19,588 nt of DNA from Okeania sp. GTDB lineage: Bacteria; Cyanobacteriota; Cyanobacteriia; Cyanobacteriales; Microcoleaceae. The notes beneath the pieces are model-generated. The model did not search any database and was not told the origin of the DNA. It worked only from the letters and a program-made list of their open reading frames with translations. The stretch covers positions 1-19,588 of the forward strand of contig NZ_JAYKGW010000253.1 in NCBI RefSeq assembly GCF_035285525.1, in the 5' to 3' direction. A program made the translations under genes and the position numbers. The number at the start of each line of letters is the position of its first letter. Position 1 is the first letter of the stretch. This document shows positions 1 through 8,553 of this stretch, piece by piece.

Positions 1-173
1 TGTAGAAAAGAGGGCTGGTTTAGATAAATCTGAGATGAAATATGGAAATCTCTGATTCAACCCGCCCCTACATAATTATTAATTATTCATTATTTTGATG
101 TTGTAGAAAAGAGGGCTGGTTTAGATAAATCTGAGATAAAACAGGGAAACCTCTGATTAAACCTGCTCCTACA
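1..173. repeat. Two tandem copies (1-72 and 102-173, period 101 nt) of a 72-nt imperfect palindrome bounded by TGTAG...CTACA
   Basis: TGTAGAAAAGAGGGCTGGTTTAGATAAATCTGAGAT... recurs at 102 with a few substitutions. Left arm GAGGGCTGGTTTAGA is roughly complementary to right arm TCTGATTCAACCCGCCCC. The window begins at the element, so more copies may lie upstream. Confidence 0.8.
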
Positions 174-180
174 ATAAATT

Positions 181-236
181 AATTCTTCATTATTAATTCT
201 TCATTATTAATTCTTCATTATTAATTCTTCATTATT
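181..236. repeat. 4 x 14-nt perfect tandem repeat AATTCTTCATTATT
   Basis: Units at 181-194, 195-208, 209-222 and 223-236. The last unit contains the stop codon (232-234) and last codons of the minus-strand CDS 232..546. Confidence 0.9.
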
Positions 237-546
237 CATTATCTATTACTCCCTTTTTACTATCAGAAAATATCCACCAAGCAGCAATTAATAAGGTAAA
301 ATTTCCCAATAAAGTCATTGATGCTTGGAGAGTAACTAACCATTCTAAATTAGGGTCGTTATCAAAATAATGCCAAGTACAAGCACACATAGCACTAACT
401 AATGCAGGTAACATAGCAAAAGATAAACTATACCAAACACGATTGTTGGTAACATTACCATAAAGTGAAATAAACCAGATGGCAGCTATCCATTCTATAA
501 CACTAGAAATATGAATAATCCAAGTAGGAATTGATAAAGCGTGCAT
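232..546 (-). CDS. Ycf49-like / DUF2499-type small integral membrane protein
   Basis: 104-aa ORF. The N-terminus MHALSIPTWIIHISSVIEW and three hydrophobic segments match my memory of cyanobacterial and plastid Ycf49-like proteins. Family name not verified by search. Confidence 0.65.
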   Translation of the reverse strand: MHALSIPTWIIHISSVIEWIAAIWFISLYGNVTNNRVWYSLSFAMLPALVSAMCACTWHYFDNDPNLEWLVTLQASMTLLGNFTLLIAAWWIFSDSKKGVIDNE

Positions 547-744
547 ATCTAAAAAAATCTAAATTTTTAACTATTAACTAGCTATTAGCTTTTAGCATCT
601 CTTTAAATCCTTGGTTTCTATAAAATAGAAAGTTTAGGAAATGTTTAAATCTAATTCTAAACTTTTACTGCTGATTGCTAATTGCTAATTACTAATTTAT
701 CCTCTTTTATTAGGTTAAATCAAAATAGGAAATAACTCAAACAA

Positions 745-1800
745 ATGCGGGTAATTTTATGTGGTTACTACGGCAAAGGAAATGGTGGAGATGAAGCATT
801 ATTAGCATCTTTACTACAAATGTTGCCTAATAATATTCAACCTTATGTTTTGTCTGGCAACCCCTCCGAAACAGAAAAACGTTATGGAGTTCAAGCAGGC
901 GATCGCCTTAATACTTTTACTATTCTCCAAGCAATGAGACGTTCGGATATTTTTATCTGGGGGGGTGGCAGTCTTATTCAAGATGCTACCAGTCTTGCTA
1001 GTCCTTTTTATTATGCTGGATTAATGGGAATAGCTCAAAAAATGGGCTTAAAAACTATTGCTTGGGCACAAGGAATAGGGCCTTTAAATCATCCCATTAC
1101 CCAATTTTTGGCCAAACAATGTTTTCAAGGTTGTACAGCAGTTAGTGTGAGGGATGGACGTTCGGCAAAAATAGTTACTAAGTGGGATATTCCTTTTACT
1201 TTAGCTCCTGATCCTGTTTGGGCTTTAGAAACTTCCCCTTTCCCTGGTCTGGAAAATTTACCTACACCCAAAGTAGCGGTGAGTTTCAGACCCCATCCTC
1301 AACTTACTCCCTCACGTTTAGAAATTTTAACTCAAGCTTTAATTGATTTTCAAAAGGCAACTGAAGCGTTTATTTTGTTATTGCCTTTTCAACCAATAAA
1401 AGATTTAAAAATTGCTGAATTTATTCATCAAAAATTGCCTGATCATAGCCAGATTTTAACTATAGAAAACCCTAGAGTTTTGAAGGGAGTTTTTGGAGAA
1501 GTGGAAATGGTAATAGGTATGCGTTTCCACAGTTTAATTATGGGAGCTGCAGAGAAATGTCGTTGTTTTGCTATTAGTTACGATCCGAAAGTTAGTCAGT
1601 TAATGACTGATTTGAAAATCCCTGGATGGGAGTTATCAAAATTGCCAGAAGATGCAAATTTAATTAGTCAAATTTGGATTGATAATTATGCGAATGGGGA
1701 AGCTTTATTGTTAGATAAAATAGAATTTTTTCGGGAGCGATCGCTGATTCATCAAGAAGTATTACATTCTGTTTTGGAGGGAATAGGGAATAGGAAATAA
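745..1800 (+). CDS. csaB: Polysaccharide pyruvyl transferase CsaB
   Basis: 351-aa ORF. N-terminal MRVILCGYYGKGNGGDEALLASLLQMLP, IWGGGSLIQDATS and AWAQGIGPL are the characteristic CsaB-type pyruvyl transferase motifs. Confidence 0.85.
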   Translation: MRVILCGYYGKGNGGDEALLASLLQMLPNNIQPYVLSGNPSETEKRYGVQAGDRLNTFTILQAMRRSDIFIWGGGSLIQDATSLASPFYYAGLMGIAQKMGLKTIAWAQGIGPLNHPITQFLAKQCFQGCTAVSVRDGRSAKIVTKWDIPFTLAPDPVWALETSPFPGLENLPTPKVAVSFRPHPQLTPSRLEILTQALIDFQKATEAFILLLPFQPIKDLKIAEFIHQKLPDHSQILTIENPRVLKGVFGEVEMVIGMRFHSLIMGAAEKCRCFAISYDPKVSQLMTDLKIPGWELSKLPEDANLISQIWIDNYANGEALLLDKIEFFRERSLIHQEVLHSVLEGIGNRK

Positions 1801-2066
1801 TCCTAAGCATTTAGCTATTAGCTGTCAGATATCAGCAACAAGACTTTTCTCTCTTAAATATTGTTTAAATGAATATATATCTAAGGTTAATGAAACCTGC
1901 TTTGGTAGCAATATTTATCAAGCTTTTATTGCGGTGTACTAAAAATAATAGCTGATAGCTGAATGCTTACAAATAATCTATGAATTATGTGTGATAATTC
2001 ATGTTATTCCTTATTATTAGAAATGTCTATTTGTCAAAAATTCTAAACTTTCTGATCTTTACTTTC

Positions 2067-2093
2067 TAGGGACGTTATATGCAACGTCCCTAC
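2067..2093. repeat. GTAG...CTAC-type palindrome TAGGGACGTT-ATATGC-AACGTCCCTA(C)
   Basis: 10-bp perfect stem (2067-2076 with 2083-2092) between the convergent csaB and methyltransferase genes. A close relative, GTAAGGACGTTGCATGCAACGTCCGTAC, occurs at 16241-16268. Confidence 0.8.
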
Positions 2094-2201
2094 CTCAATT
2101 TTTCTAGCCCCATAGATATAGGTTTAATTAATTTTTAGCGAACTTTTTTGCAAAGCAAAGCATGGAAAGAAAAACCCAAAAAAAATGTTGTTCCCTACTC
2201 C

Positions 2202-3662
2202 CTACTCTCTACTCTCTTTCTTAAATAAAACGTTAAAAACATGGGATGTTTTATGATACTTACCAACAGGTAACTTAACTAACGAATTACTACTGTTTGA
2301 AGTAAGTAAATAAGTTTCATAATCCAAAAAATTCATAAACTTCCGGAGTTCAGTTTCATTAGTTCCCATTCTTTCTAAACCAAACCTATTAATCTCACAA
2401 ATAATATATGGAACATTATATTGACTAATTGTATTTACTGCTCCTTTAATCACATTAAGTTCTGCGCCTTCAGTATCAATTTTGATCATTTTTAAATTAG
2501 TAATATCCCCAGCTTGACTAAGAATATTATCTAGTTTAGATAGTTGAGTATTTTGCATTGTTTGATTATGCAAACTTTTATAATTAAATGGATGTTGACC
2601 TACATCCCACAGAGCATGACCGCCATCATTATCTTGATTTACAAATATTTGTGTTTCTTTAGTTTCTGAACCCACCGCCATATTAAATAGTTTGATATTA
2701 TTTAGACTATTAAGATTTATATTTTCTAATATTTTTTGATAATTTGATAATTCTGGCTCAAAAGCAAATACTTTCCCTTTATTTCCCACTATTTTTGCAG
2801 CCAAAATCGAATAATATCCAATATGAGCGCCAATATCAATAAAACAATCATTTGTTCTCAGAAATCGACAAAGTAATTCAAAAATTTCCGACTCATAAGT
2901 TTGCCCTTTTTTAAAACATTCAAGCATCAGTTTTTGGGTGAATTTATTAGAGTCTAGAGAAAGCTTAATTTCTTGATTCTTAGAATTAGATTGCCATTTA
3001 ATACTGATAGTTTTTATATCATTTTCGGAAATTATATTAGAACTACTTTTCTGATGAATCATTGCCCAATAAACATCAGGACCAGCAGGCACATTAAAAT
3101 TAATATCTAATACTTTTAAAGTCTCAAATCCACTTCTTTTAATTAAATCTAGCCACATACTTTTTCCTAATACACTATAATGATTTCTATTAGTTTGATG
3201 TTTGCAGCTAGTATCCGGAGCAGGTACTTCTATATACAAATAACCTTCAGGTTTAATGACTCTAGAAATTTCCTGCAAAGTAAAATATGGGAAAATACTA
3301 TGTTCTAAACAATGGCGACACCAAACAAAATCAAAATAGTTATCTGGAAACTCTAGAAATGATTGATCCATTTGATAGACTTCATAACCTTTTTGTTGGC
3401 AAATAGCTACATCTTCGGTGTTTAAAGTAATTCCAATAGGAGTAAAACCATGTTTTTGAAATATTTCCAAAGCTACACCTTGACCGCAACCAACATCTAA
3501 TATTTTGGCTGCGGGTGGTAAAGAGATTTGTTTCAAACATACATGAAACATTTGTTGAGTTACTTGACTATGAAGTTTGGTTGGGGGTTCGGGATAGGTA
3601 TCATTTTTAATTCTTTCCAGAAACAGTTCTAGTTTTTGAATTTGCGTTCTCTCTAGTTTCAT
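2202..3662 (-). CDS. Two-domain methyltransferase: N-terminal class I SAM-dependent MTase fused to C-terminal FkbM-family MTase
   Basis: 486-aa ORF. N-terminal half has motif I ILDVGCGQGVALE and FDFVWCRHCLEH. C-terminal half has FIDIGAHIGYYS ... VFAFEPE ... IKIDTEGAE, typical of FkbM/Methyltransf_21. The last codons overlap a CTACTCC-type heptamer run at 2192-2216. Confidence 0.8.
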   Translation of the reverse strand: MKLERTQIQKLELFLERIKNDTYPEPPTKLHSQVTQQMFHVCLKQISLPPAAKILDVGCGQGVALEIFQKHGFTPIGITLNTEDVAICQQKGYEVYQMDQSFLEFPDNYFDFVWCRHCLEHSIFPYFTLQEISRVIKPEGYLYIEVPAPDTSCKHQTNRNHYSVLGKSMWLDLIKRSGFETLKVLDINFNVPAGPDVYWAMIHQKSSSNIISENDIKTISIKWQSNSKNQEIKLSLDSNKFTQKLMLECFKKGQTYESEIFELLCRFLRTNDCFIDIGAHIGYYSILAAKIVGNKGKVFAFEPELSNYQKILENINLNSLNNIKLFNMAVGSETKETQIFVNQDNDGGHALWDVGQHPFNYKSLHNQTMQNTQLSKLDNILSQAGDITNLKMIKIDTEGAELNVIKGAVNTISQYNVPYIICEINRFGLERMGTNETELRKFMNFLDYETYLLTSNSSNSLVKLPVGKYHKTSHVFNVLFKKESRE

Positions 3663-3940
3663 AGTTTAAATACGAAGATAAATTTATCTATTTACGATAA
3701 CATAGTCATCAGAAAAAAACGTCGTCAGGAAAAAAAACTAAAAATATGCCATGGAAGTGAAATATTCTTCTGTTGTATAGAACTCCTAACCGGAGCTATA
3801 AAATTAGGTCGGGAGATGGGGAATGGGTTCACAGGGGTTAGCAATAGTTGGTCAGTTTTATTGAGATTATCTTTAACTTAATTAGTCACATATTCGTAAA
3901 TTGTCTTTATGGTATTGGTTTACTCCTTATTTAATTTACT

Positions 3941-4330
3941 TCATCTAAAAATATTAGCTATGGGATAAGAAATAATTGCTCGATCTTCTGTCATAATTAT
4001 TTAGTCGTGTTCTCAAGATTGACAAAGCAAAAAACCGTCAAACGGATCGTTATTTAAAGGAGGTAGTTTAGCTAATTCAGTAATCGTAATTTCATCAATA
4101 GATAAACTAGAAATTGAATGTTTTTGACGTTGTTTGGGAAGATAAGTTTCCCGGGATTCTGGTAATGGTAATTTTTATAATTGATATTTAATCATCGCTT
4201 CCCAAACAGAAACTACACTAAGATAGATTTCATTATTTTAATTACTAATAGCATCATAACATTTTCCTTAAAGTCATTTACTTTTAGTAATAAACCAGAG
4301 AAATATATGAGTATCTAAAAGCATTTTCAT
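3941..4330 (-). pseudogene. vapC: PIN-domain VapC-type toxin pseudogene (130 codons, one frame, six internal stop codons)
   Basis: Hand translation from ATG 4330: MKMLLDTHIFLWFITKSK*L*GKCYDAISN*NNEIYLSVVSVWEAMIKYQL*KLPLPESRETYLPKQRQKHSISSLSIDEITITELAKLPPLNNDPFDGFLLCQS*EHD*IIMTEDRAIISYPIANIFR*. Canonical PIN features are kept (LLDTH, SxxSxWE..IK, DPFD, T.D). There are no frameshifts. Confidence 0.8.
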
Positions 4331-4353
4331 GGATTAGTAAACAGGTTAATAAT

Positions 4354-4572
4354 TTATTCAGGAAGAGGATAGTTAAAGTCATCTGGTACAACAAATTCAC
4401 CTTCACACAAACCAAGAGGACGAGGTTGTTTTTGCTGTTGATTTGTAGAAATTGGTTTGACTTCAGCAATAGGTTTATTAGCTTGAGTAATGATTAAGCT
4501 ATTACCTTCTTGAATTAGTTTAATAAACTCTGAAAAGTTTTCTTCAATTTCATCTATATTTAGATTAATCAT
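4354..4572 (-). CDS. Type II antitoxin (Phd/YefM-like N-terminus, C-terminal PDDFxxPLPE tail typical of PIN-toxin partners)
   Basis: 72-aa ORF MINLNIDEIEENFSEFIKLIQEGNSLIITQANKPIAEVKPI...VVPDDFNYPLPE, immediately upstream of the vapC remnant. After its TAA the frame continues IINLFTNP to a TGA that overlaps the vapC ATG (ATGA). The antitoxin has therefore probably lost 8 C-terminal codons to a nonsense change. Confidence 0.75.
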   Translation of the reverse strand: MINLNIDEIEENFSEFIKLIQEGNSLIITQANKPIAEVKPISTNQQQKQPRPLGLCEGEFVVPDDFNYPLPE

Positions 4573-5125
4573 AGCTATGATTTTTCCTTCTAATTTTTTT
4601 TGAATTGTTCTAATTTTTGTCTGATAAAAATATCAATTTATTCAACTTCAGGAATTGATTTCGGAATATCAAAAGTCTCTGTTGCAGCTTCAGAAGTAAT
4701 ATAAAATCCGGTTGAATACTCGTTATATAGTTGTGGGAGATGGGGAGATTGAAGTGTAGATAAAATGATGAACATATACACTTGTAACCGGATTCTATAT
4801 CAAGGGAACAACAAATATATAAAATGCTGCTTTATCATTAGGATTATCAATAACATAAGCTCTAAATTTTAGCTTTATTCATGTTATTAAAATCTGGCTT
4901 GATCATAATAATTTCCAAGTATCATCCTGATGTATTTCTATTTCTATATTATCTCCTGCTAAGATCAATAAATTCCCTGTTCGTTCGTCTAAACTAACAA
5001 TAGAAATTAGGAGTGAATGTATTAGTTAAAGATTGACAAAGTATGACAGATCTGATGCTTTGTTCACCAGTTGGTAAGTTTGTTTATCTCCTACCTTTTA
5101 TTATTCTGTTACTATTAATTTAGGT

Positions 5126-5605
5126 TTAATTACTACTAACTTTTCTAACAATACCACTAGCTGTGTAGTTTTCATCGCCAGTTTGATTTTTGTAGTAATA
5201 GTTCAATTTTCTTCTAGAAACAAACTCAAGTTTAACATACCCTCGATTCACACAAGATGATTTTCCATAGGTAATATTTTCAAATAATTCAATCTTTTCA
5301 TCTGTAAGTTTCTGAAGTGTTAATTCACCTCCGCATCTTCAAGAAGGATAAGCAATGGTTCCAACAATAGAATCAATTTGTCCCGGAATTAGTGCTAGAA
5401 AAATTGACCACTCTCTACCTGTATTTTGAATACCAGAACCTTCCCAAACACCAACATAGCTAGATGGAAAATTTTCATACTTTTGTGCATTAACTTTGGC
5501 AATGTTATTGAAGAATATTTCTAGTAAAAATACTAAAGATATAGTTATAAACAAAGTTATAAGATAGGGATTTTTTCTCATTTGATTAACCATTGTTTTT
5601 TTCAT
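5126..5605 (-). pseudogene. Signal-anchored conserved hypothetical protein split by an in-frame TGA (5339-5341)
   Basis: The 88-aa ORF 5339..5605 ends ...GTIAYPS*. The same frame continues for 70 more codons: RCGGELTLQKLTDEKIELFENITYGKSSCVNRGYVKLEFVSRRKLNYYYKNQTGDENYTASGIVRKVSSN*, with the stop at 5126-5128. Its ATG overlaps the comM stop (TAATG at 5603-5607). Confidence 0.6.
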
Positions 5606-7134
5606 TATTTCATCCGATCGATAGTCCGATACTGGATCGCCTCGCCAACATAACCCGGTTTCAACTCCTCATCCCCTGCTAAGTCAGCAATAGTCCTCGC
5701 CACTTTCAATATCCGATCGCTCGCTCTCGCTGACAACCCCAATTTTCGGATCGCCCCCTCCAACAAACTCCGACTACTATCATCCAACTGACACCACTTC
5801 CGAAAATGACGACTTTGCATCTGCGCATTACAACTTAAACCTGTCTCATCCTGAAACCGATGTCGAGCGCGATCGCGTGCCACCCTCACCCTTTCTCTCA
5901 CATCTAACGAACTTTCCCCAGTATCCTGTCTCGTAATTTCCTCTGGTTTCAAGCGACTCACCATCACCTGTAAATCAATTCTATCCATCAAAGGTCCTGA
6001 AAGTTTTCCCCAATATTGTTCCCGTTGTCGAGGCGAACAAGTACATGGTTGAATAGAATCTCCATAATAACCGCACGGACAAGGGTTGGTACTCGCTACC
6101 AAAGTAAACTGAGCGGGAAACTCCACTGAAAGTTTAGTCCGAGATATTGTCACCACCCCATCTTCCAATGGTTGACGCAAATATTCCAAAACATTGCGAT
6201 TAAATTCTGTTAACTCATCTAAAAATAACACCCCTCTGTGAGATAAAGAAATTTCTCCTGGTCGCGGAAAACTGCCTCCACCTACCAAAGATGGTCCTGA
6301 TGCCGAATGATGGGGAGCGCGAAACGGGCGATCGCTCACCAAACTTCCCCTATCTTTCAATAACCCCGCCACTGAATAAATTTGAGTCACTTCCAACGCT
6401 TCCTCAAAACTCAAGGGAGGCAATATTCCTGGTAAACGTCTTGCCAACATCGTTTTCCCACTACCAGGAGGTCCGACAAAAATTAAATTGTGCCCCCCCG
6501 CAGCAGCTATTTCCAGAGCGCGACGAGCATGATGTTGTCCTTTCACTTCCTTTAAATCTAAACCTGTAAACTCTTGCTTTGCTAAAATTTCAGCAGTATC
6601 TATTTCTACAGGAGAAAAGCTAGTCGGATTATTCAAAAAATCAGTAACATCAAAAATATTATCAAATCCATAAACTGATAACCCCTTCACCACCGCTGCT
6701 TCCTTAGCGTTAGCAGCAGGTACAACTAAACCAGTAATTCCCATTTTTTTGGCAGCAGCAGCAATAGGCAAAACTCCAGCCACTGGTCGCAAACTGCCAT
6801 CCAGAGAAACTTCTCCCAAAAATATATGGTCTGCCAATAAATCTGCATTCACCTGGTCTGAGGCTGCCAAAACTCCTACACTAATAGGTAAGTCAAAACT
6901 CGGACCCTCCTTCCGTAAATCTCCCGGAGTGAGATTAACCAAAATTTTCCGCATCGGGAAAGCATAACCACAATTTTTTAGGGTGGCTTTGACCCTTTCC
7001 TTGGACTCTTGAACCGCTGCATCTGGCAATCCTACAACTACAACTTTTGGCAAACCCCCAGATACATCGACTTCCACACCCACTTTTACGGCCTCAATGC
7101 CAATTATTGATGCACTCCAGACTCTAGCTAACAT
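5605..7134 (-). CDS. comM: YifB/ComM family Mg-chelatase-like AAA+ ATPase
   Basis: 509-aa ORF with an N-terminal Lon-protease-like domain, Walker A GPPGSGKTM, Walker B VLFLDE, a Cys cluster NPCPCGYYG...CTCS and the C-terminal Mg-chelatase subunit ChlI-like region. Confidence 0.9.
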   Translation of the reverse strand: MLARVWSASIIGIEAVKVGVEVDVSGGLPKVVVVGLPDAAVQESKERVKATLKNCGYAFPMRKILVNLTPGDLRKEGPSFDLPISVGVLAASDQVNADLLADHIFLGEVSLDGSLRPVAGVLPIAAAAKKMGITGLVVPAANAKEAAVVKGLSVYGFDNIFDVTDFLNNPTSFSPVEIDTAEILAKQEFTGLDLKEVKGQHHARRALEIAAAGGHNLIFVGPPGSGKTMLARRLPGILPPLSFEEALEVTQIYSVAGLLKDRGSLVSDRPFRAPHHSASGPSLVGGGSFPRPGEISLSHRGVLFLDELTEFNRNVLEYLRQPLEDGVVTISRTKLSVEFPAQFTLVASTNPCPCGYYGDSIQPCTCSPRQREQYWGKLSGPLMDRIDLQVMVSRLKPEEITRQDTGESSLDVRERVRVARDRARHRFQDETGLSCNAQMQSRHFRKWCQLDDSSRSLLEGAIRKLGLSARASDRILKVARTIADLAGDEELKPGYVGEAIQYRTIDRMK

Positions 7135-7202
7135 ATTCGTTTATTCTTGACATACTGCTGCTTCATAAAACCGATATAAAACCTCATTGTCGGAGTGACA
7201 TT

Positions 7203-7790
7203 TTAATTTTTACTTCCTGCTGCAACTGAGGCCGTCGGCGGTTACTCATCCACAAGCATTGACGGGTCTTCCCCAACCGCATCTCTCAAATTGATACTGG
7301 CGTTTAAATCTCTATCTATTGACCTACCAGATTCTGGTCAGTCATAAGTTCTCAAATGCAAGGGCATATCCTGAACATGACCACAGTTTAAACAAGTCTT
7401 TGATCATGGAAAAAATCTGACTACTACTAACTCTGAACCGTACCATTGACACTTGTATTCTAGCCCCCGACCTGATCTTTAACTAGACAACAAGGGATTG
7501 TTCAGTCTGGGGAAACCCTGACGGCTGTTTTGACAGAGAAAGGTGATGTCCTCCCCCTCTATTTGTTGACTTTAGATAAATCATAGGTATGATAATAAAA
7601 TACTTCTTGTTTGTCAAGGGGGAGTGGAACCTTTAGGATATGGAGGTATCCCAGCGTTGACCCTGACTTTCTAATTACTTCACTCCCCTGATAGCTGCCA
7701 CTAGGCTCGGCCTTTTCCTGACGGAGTGCTACGCCAATATATCGGCGACAGCCAAAGCGGAAGAGCGGGGGACTTCCCCCCACGGAAGTT
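7203..7790 (-). pseudogene. tnpB: C-terminal remnant of an IS200/IS605-family TnpB (OrfB) nuclease with multiple stops and frameshifts; N-terminal half absent
   Basis: Hand translation gives ...GEDITFLCQN.. / ..GLEYKCQWYGSELVVVRFFP*SKTCLNCGHVQDMPLHLRTYD*PESGRSIDRDLNASINLRDAV.... This matches the TnpB EDL / LEYK / FPSSKxCxxCG / CxxCG / DRDxNAxxN (RuvC-III plus zinc finger) order. Weaker matches (..SPLTNKKYF.. for the NxRKDFxHK helix) extend to about 7790. The upstream boundary is uncertain. Confidence 0.65.
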
Positions 7791-7824
7791 TAAATTTGTA
7801 TAGAGTTATTTATAATATAGATAA

Positions 7825-8172
<348 letters not shown>

Positions 8173-8292
8173 GGCTAATTAACGAAGTCATAATTCATAA
8201 ATCAGAAGTTGTTTCTGTCACGGAGATTTGAGTAACTCTCCAAAAACGTTTCGTCGATTAAGGCCGGGTTTTATACCCAATTATTTTGATCA

Positions 8293-8321
8293 GCTAAGAC
8301 CCATTTTTAATGGGTCTTAGC
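8293..8321. other. Perfect 13-bp stem / 3-nt loop hairpin GCTAAGACCCATT-TTT-AATGGGTCTTAGC
   Basis: Base pairing checked position by position. It lies 120 nt downstream of the HIT gene. No U-tract follows on either strand, so it is not a canonical intrinsic terminator. Confidence 0.7.
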
Positions 8322-8360
8322 AAGTCATAAATCATAAGTAATAAGGCTTGTGCTTTTAAT

Positions 8361-8403
8361 TAGGCGCACAACAAATATAGGGATTTGGAGACCAAACGCC
8401 TAC
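8361..8403. repeat. Degenerate copy of the GTAG...TTTGGTCTCCAAA...CTAC hairpin family
   Basis: The right arm GGGATTTGGAGACCAAACGCCTAC (8380-8403) is a near-perfect family arm. The left arm TAGGCGCACAACAAATA is eroded. Confidence 0.5.
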
Positions 8404-8406
8404 AAT

Positions 8407-8451
8407 AAAATATGACAACCTATAGCAATCCTAAATAGGTTGTCATATTTT
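8407..8451. other. Perfect 17-bp stem / 11-nt loop hairpin AAAATATGACAACCTAT...ATAGGTTGTCATATTTT
   Basis: Read directly from the sequence. The stem is AT-rich and its 3' arm ends in TTTT. It may be a weak terminator for the HIT gene or an independent palindromic element. Confidence 0.6.
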
Positions 8452-8553
8452 AGTGGTAGTTAGGAATCAGAATTCAAAATTTTCAAGAATTAACTATTAT
8501 AAAAACTGTCACAACCAATTTAAAATTGCTATGTTAAGTGCATAAGCAAAATT

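Noticed and set aside
4284-4469. 61-aa minus-strand ORF overlapping the antitoxin gene
   Set aside because: It is out of frame with both the antitoxin and the vapC remnant, and has no recognisable motifs. The real signal here is the PIN pseudogene in another frame.
5339-5341. In-frame TGA as a selenocysteine codon
   Set aside because: I see no obvious SECIS-like hairpin immediately downstream, and there are no selenoprotein-machinery genes in the window. A nonsense mutation or sequencing error is more parsimonious, so I left it as an open check only.
6291-6967. Plus-strand ORFs 6291..6569 and 6749..6967
   Set aside because: They lie antisense and entirely inside the well-supported comM CDS. 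They have low-complexity, Pro/Ser/Arg-rich sequence typical of shadow ORFs in a GC-richer gene.
7560-7790. GC-rich, seemingly structured stretch with a 74-aa ORF (7559..7783). I considered a riboswitch (cobalamin-like GCCACT box), RNase P, tmRNA, 6S or SRP RNA.
   Set aside because: None of the conserved cores of those RNAs is present (for example GGAAAGUCCGG for RNase P, the tmRNA termini, or a proper B12 box). Other frames of the same strand read as degraded TnpB segments continuous with the clear TnpB C-terminus. The composition is therefore best explained by an IS remnant, and the 74-aa ORF is an out-of-frame artefact.
7789-7816. Promoter-like TTTAAA-N16-TATAAT just upstream of the HIT gene ATG (7825), which would imply a near-leaderless mRNA
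   Set aside because: Such hexamers arise frequently by chance in DNA this AT-rich, and I have no transcript evidence. I did not report it as a feature.
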